DNA of 63,327 bases, the filler included, from Myxococcota bacterium (lineage in GTDB: Bacteria > Myxococcota_C > UBA6777): NCBI GenBank assembly GCA_023150835.1. It is 3 parts of 3 records of this genome, joined end to end, with 100 filler letters (N's around TTAATTAATTAA, not from the genome) between each part and the next. Parts side by side here need not be neighbours in the genome. Positions count along the whole stretch, not along the records: positions 29,636 to 58,694 come from JAKLKB010000083.1; 2 more parts are not named here. One strand, written 5' to 3'. Each line of letters opens with the position of its first letter. Position 1 is the stretch's first letter. Under the pieces are notes generated by a model. It was not told the origin of the DNA. It saw only the letters and a program-made list of their open reading frames with translations, and did no database searches. Below are positions 29,890 to 38,518 of this stretch, piece after piece. Both the position numbers and the translations under genes were made by a program.

Positions 29890-30005
29890 TAGGACTTACG
29901 CAGTTCGATACGAAAAAGGCCCATGTTCGGGCGTGGGCGGTTCGCGAACCGCCTCTACAACATTCTGATATCTCAGGGTTTCCCTTTTCAGCTACGTAAG
30001 TCCTA
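29890..30005. mobile_element. MITE family C with TAGGACTTACG inverted repeats and TCCAA flanking direct repeat
   Basis: TCCAA|TAGGACTTACG...CGTAAGTCCTA|TCCAA; internal GGCGGTTCGCGAACCGCC hairpin. Confidence 0.75.
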
Positions 30006-30024
30006 TCCAAGCAAGACGCCCCGC

Positions 30025-30936
30025 TCACGGCACAAATTGTTGTTTGCCTGTGACGAGCAGATCCGAGGCGGGCGGAGGGATCGTTTCTTCGATGGATTGG
30101 CCGTTTGTGGCCGTCAAGCGAAGGCGCAACGGCTGTGTTCCCGCTCCCTTGGCATCGAGAAAATAATTGTAGCGTTCTCGTGGCAGGCTCTGCCATTGGT
30201 TGTTTTTGAAAAGCTCGACCTGTTTGAGCGGTAAGCGATGATTGCGCACTTGGATCGCCGTCCACCACTGCGAAGACCCGTCCTTGTAATGGTATTGGAT
30301 CGGCCCGACCTCTGGGCAAGAAACCACCTGCCACGTGATCGCGATCACCCCCTGCACAGGATCGCCGATCTTCGCGAATGCTTCGCGGCTTAGATCCAGA
30401 TGCCCTTTTGAACACTCAGGACAACGATCCGTGATCCGCACCAACACGCTTCCCTTCGGTCCATCCACCTTCACGCACGCACCGCAATAATCGGCCATCC
30501 CATACTCTTGTTCGTTCATCGCAGCCACCAACGGCACAGACACCGATGGAAAGCTGCAATTGCCCGAACCATCGGCATCATAATACGTCGCTTTGCCTTG
30601 ATGGATCACCGCATCTTTCCACGTTTCAGAAGGCCCATCCAACGGCTGTTCTGGCACCTTTTCTGCGATCTTCTCGGGCGGATCGCTCTCCGACACCCCC
30701 TCTGCCATCGCTTCTTTGATGGCTTCGCTCGTCTCGGACACCGTCTCCACCATGACGCGCTCCTCTGTCCCCGCGTCAACCTCCCCGTCCTGCGCATATT
30801 CCTCCCGCTGTTCGGTGCTTTGCGACTCCGTTGCTGCCTTTTCTTCGGTTTTCGGAGAAATCCCCTCGCACCCCCACACCGATCCCACAAACAAAACACA
30901 TCCGATCCATCCAATCACCCACGCCATCGGCCTCAT
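30025..30936 (-). CDS. Bacterial expansin (EXLX1/YoaJ-like) lipoprotein
   Basis: GKATYY..GNCSF, CGACV, ITDRCPEC..HLDLS..AF, KDGSSQWW..QVRNH; VWG-C lipobox and acidic linker. Confidence 0.9.
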   Translation of the reverse strand: MRPMAWVIGWIGCVLFVGSVWGCEGISPKTEEKAATESQSTEQREEYAQDGEVDAGTEERVMVETVSETSEAIKEAMAEGVSESDPPEKIAEKVPEQPLDGPSETWKDAVIHQGKATYYDADGSGNCSFPSVSVPLVAAMNEQEYGMADYCGACVKVDGPKGSVLVRITDRCPECSKGHLDLSREAFAKIGDPVQGVIAITWQVVSCPEVGPIQYHYKDGSSQWWTAIQVRNHRLPLKQVELFKNNQWQSLPRERYNYFLDAKGAGTQPLRLRLTATNGQSIEETIPPPASDLLVTGKQQFVP

Positions 30937-31108
30937 CGCATCATCCCTCCATCACAATCCGCTCCCCGCAAACACACAGGCAGCGCACCACGATAACGCG
31001 GATCACCCAAAAAACAAAAGACATCCACTCCACAACCCCCACTCCACAACCCCCCCTCCGTTATCCACAACCCGATCTTCCCGATCACAACACCCCCAAA
31101 AAGATCGT

Positions 31109-31128
31109 GATCCGATCGTGATCGGATC
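31109..31128. promoter_or_regulatory. GATC-rich palindrome in the divergent intergenic region
   Basis: GATCCGATC-GT-GATCGGATC; function inferred only. Confidence 0.35.
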
Positions 31129-31339
31129 GATCAAAAAAGAAAGAAAGCATAACGTCCTGTATTCCCAAAAGAAAAAAATTTTACATCTTCGATTGAATAT
31201 GCTTGTGACGATCCAGTCTTATAGCAACGAATCGACACGATGTGGTTCGCTGGTTGTGAAGTCACAATCAGTCTGTTTCACGGTCCCCCTTGGAGGTGGC
31301 AACATCGCCACCCCGCAACCCCTTCGAGGAGTCTCTGTC

Positions 31340-31861
31340 ATGAAAAAATTGCTCGTCGCAATGTTCGCTGGCGCTCTCGTCGCTGCTTTCTCCCTCACCG
31401 CACAAGCTGAAGTTCTCGGCTTCCGCAACTACTACAAGCCACCGAAATCCAACTGCAAAGGCCATTGCACCACCTCTTGCCGCAACTTCCGCACCACCAA
31501 GTGCAAAAACGTCCTCCAATGGAAAACCAAGTGCTCCACCCATTTCCGCACTTGGGGCAAAAAGTGTCAAACCTACGTTCAAAAACGCACCATCTGTTCG
31601 CCTTTGAAAAACTGTCACCAAAGCTGCATCCGTTTCGTCAATGACAAAGGCGCTTACATCAAGTGCTTCGGCAAACTCAAGTGCAAGTATATCCCCAACT
31701 GCCGCACCGGCTACTTCGGTACCCGCACCGTGTGCAGCCCCATCCGCACCAGATACACCCATTGCACCAAAACCCCCGTGTGGACCCGCCGCTGCACCAC
31801 CGCAACCAAGCCCGGCTGGTGCGTGACCAAGTGCTCCAGCATCTGCGTCACCCGCCGCTAA
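31340..31861 (+). CDS. Secreted cationic 18-Cys protein
   Basis: GAGGAG RBS, signal peptide MKKLL..AQA, C-ending codon bias, terminator downstream. Confidence 0.85.
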   Translation: MKKLLVAMFAGALVAAFSLTAQAEVLGFRNYYKPPKSNCKGHCTTSCRNFRTTKCKNVLQWKTKCSTHFRTWGKKCQTYVQKRTICSPLKNCHQSCIRFVNDKGAYIKCFGKLKCKYIPNCRTGYFGTRTVCSPIRTRYTHCTKTPVWTRRCTTATKPGWCVTKCSSICVTRR

Positions 31862-31909
31862 TCACTTCCGCCTTGTGCGGTGTGTAAGGCTCGGCTGAAT
31901 ACAGCCCTC

Positions 31910-31944
31910 AAAAAGCCCTTCTCCCACAAAGAGAAGGGCTTTTT
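31910..31944. terminator. Bidirectional intrinsic terminator
   Basis: AAAAAGCCCTTCTC-7 nt loop-GAGAAGGGCTTTTT between convergent genes. Confidence 0.85.
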
Positions 31945-31967
31945 GCATTTCCGAAAAAGCCCACCGC

Positions 31968-32945
31968 TTAACGGCGGAACGGCAGAGTAGGCGAAGAAGT
32001 CGGCGGTGTAGAGACACCGCAGGCGGCTCCACTAGAGGGGGTGGCGTCTGTACGACAAGCCTGCCCTTCATTTCGAGGAGCCGCGTTGCTGGAGTGCAGG
32101 TTGGTGGGGCGAGAGGACGCAGGAGACAGCGGAGTCGAAGGCATCGGCAAAACACCCAAACCACGGCACTGTTCGCCTGTGAGCAACGCAAGCGCCTGAT
32201 GCAACGAAGCCCTTCGCTGATAGCCAATCAATCGTGCGACTTCGTACCCTTGGGGGTTCACGAAGGCAAAGGTTGGAACACCACGGATCTGATAACGTTG
32301 GGCGAGATGTTGGTGCTCAGGGCGGCTGATATCGATCTTGATCACTTCGACTCCTTTTTGGGGATCGTTGCACTCTTGCTCGATGGTCGCCACGATCGGG
32401 ATCATTTGGCGGCAGATCGGACAATTCGACGAGACGAATTCGACCATCCGAGGGCGTGTTTGTGCATTGGCGATCTGCGTTTTTGCGGTGCTTTGGATGG
32501 CTTGGCTGAGCGGGTTGGGACGAGACAGATCACGCGAAGCGGAAGGCGCGGATGCTGTAGGAGCTTGAAGCACACTAAACATGACGTAGATCCCGACTCC
32601 AGCAAGCAAAGCGCCTGTACCTCGCTCGATCCGAGGTAGCCATTGCATAAATCGCCGTAGATACGGCAGCAACGTACCCGCACCCAAAGAAGCCAACCAC
32701 AACGGCGTCGCAAACCCCAATCCGTACAACAACAAAAACCACGCCCCCATCCAAGGATCGCTGGTTTTTGCAGCCGTGTATGTCAACACCGCCCCAAGGA
32801 TCGGCCCCACACAAGGCGTCCATCCCAACGCAAACACAAAGCCCATCACAAAACTGTTCAAAACTCCCGTTGATAGGCCCAAGCTGCGATCATCGATCCG
32901 TTTTTCGCGATTCAACAAATCAAGATGCAAGACCCCCAAAAACTT
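31968..32945 (-). pseudogene. ccdA: CcdA/DsbD-beta plus thioredoxin fusion, 5'-truncated
   Basis: FALGWTPCVGPILG and CPIC thioredoxin are present. Homology begins abruptly at KFLGVLHL, and the first TM helices and first Cys are missing. Confidence 0.65.
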
Positions 32946-33019
32946 GTCACGCGACGATCTTCGCTGTCGATCAACGTCACTTGTTCTTGATGTCGGATAG
33001 TTCGAAGGAAAAGGAAGAT

Positions 33020-34153
33020 TCAGGGTTTTTGAAGTATTTGACGGTAGTCATTGCCGCGAACAAAAAAGATGCGGCACATCTCATGGAGGCGGGAATAGAT
33101 GCGGTCGCCGACGCGATCGCGAAGTGTATCGCGGCTGAGGAATTCTTCGCTGTCGATGTGTCCACGTCCTCGGCTACGTTCGCGCAGCGTGGTTTCGGGA
33201 TCGAGTGTGTAGTTGGTGGTGATCAGCGTGGTGCGACCGGCATTGTAGCGGCAAGAGATCAGCGTATCGATGATGCCAAGCTCCCACTTGCTGTTGCGGC
33301 CTTTGCCGAGATCGTCGAGCAAAAGGACATCGATATCAACCAGCGGTTGAAGGATGTGCTGTTCAGGGACATCGCGGGTGTAGCCATCGCGCATGTCTGA
33401 AAGCAGCAGTCCAAAGTCTTGGAAACGACAAGCGATCCCGCGTTCGAGGATCAAGTTGCGCAAAAAGCCGACCATCAGGTGCGTTTTGCCGACACCGGGC
33501 GAACCCATCAACAAAACCCCCGCATCACCGGGCTTGAAAGAGCGATTGGAGGTCGGATCGTAATAAAGTTTGTAAAAGTGAGCGCGGGCTTTGGCTTGGC
33601 TATCGTCGTTTGGAGCGAAGGCATCAAGCGTTTTGTCTGCAAAACGCGACGGGATGTGCGCCGCACGATAAAGCTCCATCCGTCGGGCAAGTTTGCGACA
33701 ATCACAAGTCTTCCATGCGCGGTTGCCGCTTTCAAGAGAGATGATGCTGCCCCCCTCTCCGTTGCATTGGGGGCAGATCTCCGCTTGGCAGCTACAGAGC
33801 TTGACGTCGGCTTGGGATTCGGCTGCAAACGTCAAGTAGCCCTTCCATTCGCAACGTGGGCAGTTTCCAAAGAATTTGTTTTCTTCGACGGGCTTTTGCG
33901 CGGGACTGGCTTTGACGTTGACGCGGTAAAAGCTCGTGGGTTGTCCTTGAACACGCGCACGAGGAAGCTCCCGCGAAGCTTCTGCAATCTGCGGCTCATC
34001 AGAGGCCGGTGCTTCGGCGTTTTTTGGATTGTGCGACGGATCTTCTTTGGTTTCGGGAAACACGATCTGTTGGGGAACGATCTTTTGGTTTGTGCGTGTG
34101 CGGTAGGGGCTACGTGCAGGAAGTTCGTAGCGATTCAAGGGATTGTTGGACAT
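33020..34153 (-). CDS. DnaC/IstB-family AAA+ ATPase with N-terminal Cys (Zn) modules
   Basis: CPRC..CSC..CPQC..CDC, IPSRFADKTL, GSPGVGKT, LLLDDLG, DRIYSRLHEMC. Confidence 0.85.
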   Translation of the reverse strand: MSNNPLNRYELPARSPYRTRTNQKIVPQQIVFPETKEDPSHNPKNAEAPASDEPQIAEASRELPRARVQGQPTSFYRVNVKASPAQKPVEENKFFGNCPRCEWKGYLTFAAESQADVKLCSCQAEICPQCNGEGGSIISLESGNRAWKTCDCRKLARRMELYRAAHIPSRFADKTLDAFAPNDDSQAKARAHFYKLYYDPTSNRSFKPGDAGVLLMGSPGVGKTHLMVGFLRNLILERGIACRFQDFGLLLSDMRDGYTRDVPEQHILQPLVDIDVLLLDDLGKGRNSKWELGIIDTLISCRYNAGRTTLITTNYTLDPETTLRERSRGRGHIDSEEFLSRDTLRDRVGDRIYSRLHEMCRIFFVRGNDYRQILQKP

Positions 34154-34276
34154 CGTGGTCGGTCTCCATACGCGACCCCCAAAGTATCGCCGCCGATCAG
34201 GGGTGTCAAAGGGAGGCGGGGGAGAAGCGTCACAATCCGAAGACAAGACGGGGAGTTGAGCAAAAAGGCCGGATTA

Positions 34277-34388
34277 TACGAGATCCGCAGGGCGTGTGAT
34301 CGCAAAACGCAGGGGCAGACAGGTGTGGCTGCCCAACGATCGGGCGTTTACACACTATCCTACGGGAACACATCACTCGGATATCGTA
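34277..34388 (+). mobile_element. MITE family A copy with TTA target duplication; an empty copy of the site is adjacent
   Basis: GGA TTA|TACG...CGTA|TTA TTCGGG versus uninterrupted GGATTATTCGGG at about 34467. Confidence 0.9.
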
Positions 34389-34469
34389 TTATTCGGGAGA
34401 ATGGCGTCGGAAGGCAGCGAGAAGGAAAACATCCGAAGACAAGGCGGGGAGTTGAGCAAAAAGGTCGGA

Positions 34470-36215
34470 TTATTCGGGAGAATGGCGTCGGAAGGCAGCG
34501 AGAAGGAAAACCGCCCCGATGGCAGCGAGAAGCAAAGAAAGCGTGACGGGGATCACTTGGGAGGGGGGCGGGGGGAGTAGTTCGCCCACGCGCAGGATCA
34601 TGCTGTGTTCGGGAAAACGCACGCCTAGTTTTCGAAGGGCAGGGATCTCGTTAACGTTGATATTTTCATCGGGTAATTCGAGTTCAAGCGGCCCGGACGG
34701 GCGCAAACGCAAGGTCTTGAGAAGGCCCGTGTAGGTGCGCGCTGCGGGGACGTGGTTTGGATCTTGGAGGTCATCTTGCCAAACGGGTAAGCGCGTTATG
34801 CGGTCGGGTTCTTCGGGGTTTGTGACCACATCCTTCCATTCTTTTAAGATCTGCGATGCTTGTACAGGAGCAAGGATCAAAAGCTGCCGATGTTCGCGAT
34901 CTGCAAACAACGCGTAAGATTCGACTTTTTGGGTCTTTGGAACTCGAACGGAGAGGATCGCAAAGGTCATCCGATCAGGGCGCACCGCGATCTGTGCGAT
35001 ACGAAACGAAGTGACGGTCTTGTTCGAGACTTCGGAGGCTTGCATGATCTGAGGGGAAGAGGGAGCCGAGGGGCCACCCGAAAAAAACAGCGCATAACCA
35101 AGCCACAAAAGGCCGAACAAAAGCAGCACTCCGCCTGACACCGCCATCCCGAGATGCGGCCCCGTCGCCAGCGGAGCCGCCACTTCTTCCTCGATGTCGT
35201 CTTCCCATGCTTCCGATGCAGGGATCGACGGAGGAGCGGTTCGGACAGAAGAAGCCGATGCGTTTTCCCCCACAGACGGCACAGGCCGCGCAGAAGAAGC
35301 TGCCAAAACGCCTGAATCATCCGCCTTTTCAGTCGAGGGCGGCAACGAAACGGAGGCTGCTTTGGTTTTCGTAGAAGGGGCTTTTTGGGGGGGCGACGCT
35401 TTTTGGGTAGATGAAGCTGTTTTGGAACCCAAAGCATCGGTCTTTGGAGTGAGCGGGTCTGCTTTTGGAGAGGAAGCCAAAGCATGGATGGCGTCGGATT
35501 TTTGAGAAGAAGGAGAAGACGGCGTAGCCTCAGAGGGAGAAGCCTTTGCCTCGGCAGGTGCGGATGCAGCAGGCTTTTGGGTGGGCTTGGAAGGAGCGGG
35601 AGGGCTGGGTTTGTTGCTGCGTTGTTGTGCAAACAAATTGAGGATGCGGGATTCTTCACAGGGTCGGATCTGCATAAACCCCAAATCGACGAGCAGATCG
35701 CGCAGATCGGCGGGCGGTGCAAACATGACTTCGAGGACAAAAGAAGGCTGTTTTTTGGGATAACGCTTACGAAATGCGGAAGACGTGGTGTAGGCGATAG
35801 CGATCTGGACGCGCTCGCGGAGTTGACGCATCAAAAAAGGGTCCGCCTCCCAATCCAAGGGTTGAATCAAGATGATCTCTGCGAGCGTACCGCTTTCTTG
35901 CACACGATCGATGGCGGCGGGTGGGCCTTCTTCTTCGGGATCAAGAGGTCGAAGTTCGATGCCCTCCGTGACCAACCAACGGCGGATCTCAGGGGGAGGA
36001 GCAAACATAGTTTCGAGGATGATCTGTGCGGAGTGTGCGCGATATTGGATGCGAAACTGCGGATCGGCGAGTTGTTCTTGCTGCTTTGCAACCCGCTCCC
36101 GCAGAGATTTGACAAGATGAGGCTCCGTCTCCCACTCTTTTGGTTGAAGAAAAACAAGCTCAATTCCACCGTCTTGTGCGCGCTGAATACGATCGGCTTG
36201 GGCATTGAAGACCAT
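34470..36215 (-). CDS. Membrane protein with a duplicated N-terminal domain, Pro/Ser linker and two TM helices
   Basis: DR(I/V)Q..LQP..WE..P.L...LRERV..LE..FAPP occurs twice; GGAG RBS. Confidence 0.7.
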   Translation of the reverse strand: MVFNAQADRIQRAQDGGIELVFLQPKEWETEPHLVKSLRERVAKQQEQLADPQFRIQYRAHSAQIILETMFAPPPEIRRWLVTEGIELRPLDPEEEGPPAAIDRVQESGTLAEIILIQPLDWEADPFLMRQLRERVQIAIAYTTSSAFRKRYPKKQPSFVLEVMFAPPADLRDLLVDLGFMQIRPCEESRILNLFAQQRSNKPSPPAPSKPTQKPAASAPAEAKASPSEATPSSPSSQKSDAIHALASSPKADPLTPKTDALGSKTASSTQKASPPQKAPSTKTKAASVSLPPSTEKADDSGVLAASSARPVPSVGENASASSVRTAPPSIPASEAWEDDIEEEVAAPLATGPHLGMAVSGGVLLLFGLLWLGYALFFSGGPSAPSSPQIMQASEVSNKTVTSFRIAQIAVRPDRMTFAILSVRVPKTQKVESYALFADREHRQLLILAPVQASQILKEWKDVVTNPEEPDRITRLPVWQDDLQDPNHVPAARTYTGLLKTLRLRPSGPLELELPDENINVNEIPALRKLGVRFPEHSMILRVGELLPPPPSQVIPVTLSLLLAAIGAVFLLAAFRRHSPE

Positions 36216-36241
36216 CACAAACTCCGAATAATAGGGGGGTT

Positions 36242-37123
36242 CTACTGACGCAACTCTTCTTGAAGAACGTGCATCCCTTCGCGCACTTCGCGAAACAACC
36301 AAGCGGCTTTGGAAAAAAACTCGGAAAAGACCTTGTGTTGGCGCTTATGAAGTTCAAGCATCTGTGTGCTTGCGCGTCGAAATGACCTCGATATCTCGTC
36401 ATCCCCACGCAGCGGACATTGTTTCAACAGCACATCCATCCGATGCTGCCAATCACGCGACCAGTCCTGCCAAGCCGTCAAATAATAACGATTCCCTCGC
36501 CGCACCCGAAACCATAAGTTTTTCGATTCTTGTTCCATCTCTTGATCGAGTCTTCGCAGACGCGCCACGCAAGTACGCAACCGATGCGGTGGCATCACAT
36601 AGCCCTTGCGTTCGGTGTTTTCGAGCGGGATCCAGACTTGTGGGGGTGCATGAACAGCCCGATAGATCGAAACAAAGATCGAGATCACCACCACGCCCGC
36701 AAACAGGCCAAAGCAGATCAACGCCACCAAACGCCCAAATCGTTGCGCTTCCTTTAAGGCGATCTGCTCGGGATCAAGGGGCTCTTCGACCTTTTTTTCC
36801 TGCCCCGCCTGCCAAGGGAAATACACCTCTTTGATCGGATTGCTCGGAGCGGCTTCGCTGCTCTTCGCGGAGGCGGCTTCTTGTGTTGCGTCGGGCGTTC
36901 TTTCGGCCCTTTCTTCGTGGGCGGCTTCTTGGGCGACGTTGGGCATCGACTCAACCTTTTTTTCGAGGGCGGCTTCGCTGCTTTTTTGGAAATAGGCTTC
37001 GCCAGTCTCTTCGCGAGCAACGGATCCGCTGTGAAGCGTTCTTGCCGCATCTTCCGCGACTTCAGCGATAGGTATCTCCGTAACGTGCAGCATGGACGGT
37101 GTAGACGGCTTTTGTTGCGGCAT
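36242..37123 (-). CDS. Hypothetical single-TM protein
   Basis: AGGAG RBS, acidic N-terminus, TM helix, helical C-terminus. Confidence 0.7.
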   Translation of the reverse strand: MPQQKPSTPSMLHVTEIPIAEVAEDAARTLHSGSVAREETGEAYFQKSSEAALEKKVESMPNVAQEAAHEERAERTPDATQEAASAKSSEAAPSNPIKEVYFPWQAGQEKKVEEPLDPEQIALKEAQRFGRLVALICFGLFAGVVVISIFVSIYRAVHAPPQVWIPLENTERKGYVMPPHRLRTCVARLRRLDQEMEQESKNLWFRVRRGNRYYLTAWQDWSRDWQHRMDVLLKQCPLRGDDEISRSFRRASTQMLELHKRQHKVFSEFFSKAAWLFREVREGMHVLQEELRQ

Positions 37124-37325
37124 CGCGTTCGATCTCCTGCATAGAAAACACCTCACCAGAACGAAAAGGTGGATGGCCCCTGCCTTGCGAAAAAACGCAC
37201 ACAAGCTAACGCAGAACCAAGCCGTTGGGAAGAGCCATCGCAGCCACCCCACGCAGCAGCGGATCCGCATCGGTGAAGGTCATGGGGTGATTCCCCCTCA
37301 AAGCCACTTCGCGGCACGCATCCGT

Positions 37326-38495
37326 TCAGCGAAGAATGCGCATATTCGGGAGTTTCAGCAGGGTTCGGCGATCCGAAGGTTGGCCGTGTAGAAAGGCGAT
37401 TAGTGCTTTGGGATCGTTGGGTTTGTCGGGCGGATACCAAAAGGTATCTTGGCGGGCGGCTTGCGCGATCTGCGCGATCAAGATAGGCCAAGGCAGCCCG
37501 AGCGAATAGATCTGCAAAAGCTGCCCACTCGCATCCAGATCGAGGATGCGGATCTGCGAAGGATAGCTGCACGCGCCCGAGGTGACGATCTCCGTCACCG
37601 GCCACGCGGGATGCTTTTGAACGCGCTGGATGTGGTGATGCCCCGTCAGGACCAAAGGAACTTGATAATCCACCATCAACTTGAGGATGGCGTCTGCGTT
37701 GTCGGTGTGAAAGTTTCGCCACAGATGCCCTGAATCCTCCCGATTTGCGGGATGATGGGGGATCAGCGTGTGATGGATCATCAAAAAGATCTGCTTCTTT
37801 CCTGCGTGGCGTTGTAGCGTCTGCTTGAGCCACGCAACTTGCGCATCATCCACACGACCATTCCATGTATCGCGCAACGTACCGTCTGGTGTGTCCGAGC
37901 TATTCAGGCCGATCACCATCAGACCACTCGTCACTTCGTGCGCATAATATGGCAAAGCGCTGTCGTATCCGCCGATCCTTCCGCGATACGCCGCCACCAC
38001 CTCTCGAACGCCCCAGTTTTCTTTGGGCATCCACACTTTCTGCACATCGTGATTGCCGGGAACAACGAGCGTTGGAAACGGCAGCGCCTTCAACATCCGC
38101 AACATCGCAGCGTGGTTCCAAGGCTCCGAATCCCGCGTCATGTCCCCCGGCAATAACAGCAAATCGACCTTTCTTCCCGTCAATCGGCCCATTTGATGCA
38201 GCGTTCGCAGATGATGCCCCACGATCCAAGGCGCAAACCGCAACGCCTTAAAATCCAAGCTCTGATCTCGCAACGCAAAGTGCGGATCGGTCATCACCCC
38301 GATCCGATAGCGCACTTTTTTGGGATCGACTTGCATCAACGCTTGAAGATCATCGGCCAAAGCCAGCCCCTCTGTCGAAGGAAGGCCCCGTCCTGTCGGA
38401 CGAGTCGTCTGCCCCCAAGCTTCTTCGCCCCCCACACACACTGCCCCTGCCGCTACTCCCCACAATAGGCTCCACAAAAACTCCCGACGTTCCAT
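37326..38495 (-). CDS. Tat-exported calcineurin-like metallophosphoesterase
   Basis: ERREFL Tat motif; TDPH, GDMT, PGNHD, HH, TGHHH. Confidence 0.88.
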   Translation of the reverse strand: MERREFLWSLLWGVAAGAVCVGGEEAWGQTTRPTGRGLPSTEGLALADDLQALMQVDPKKVRYRIGVMTDPHFALRDQSLDFKALRFAPWIVGHHLRTLHQMGRLTGRKVDLLLLPGDMTRDSEPWNHAAMLRMLKALPFPTLVVPGNHDVQKVWMPKENWGVREVVAAYRGRIGGYDSALPYYAHEVTSGLMVIGLNSSDTPDGTLRDTWNGRVDDAQVAWLKQTLQRHAGKKQIFLMIHHTLIPHHPANREDSGHLWRNFHTDNADAILKLMVDYQVPLVLTGHHHIQRVQKHPAWPVTEIVTSGACSYPSQIRILDLDASGQLLQIYSLGLPWPILIAQIAQAARQDTFWYPPDKPNDPKALIAFLHGQPSDRRTLLKLPNMRILR

Positions 38496-38518
38496 CACTT
38501 CCGACGCTCCTTGTGGAT

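Noticed and set aside
31025-31200. Chromosomal oriC
   Set aside because: Only one perfect DnaA box and no dnaA or dnaN nearby; kept only as a regulatory candidate
30716-31339. N-terminal extensions of ORF-track calls (also at 3237, 9608, 17130, 43065 and 44444)
   Set aside because: They run through intergenic DNA, MITEs or opposite-strand genes, and downstream starts generally have a better RBS or signal peptide
33020-34153. IS21 element (IstB)
   Set aside because: There is no istA or terminal repeats, and the Zn modules fit a DnaC-like loader
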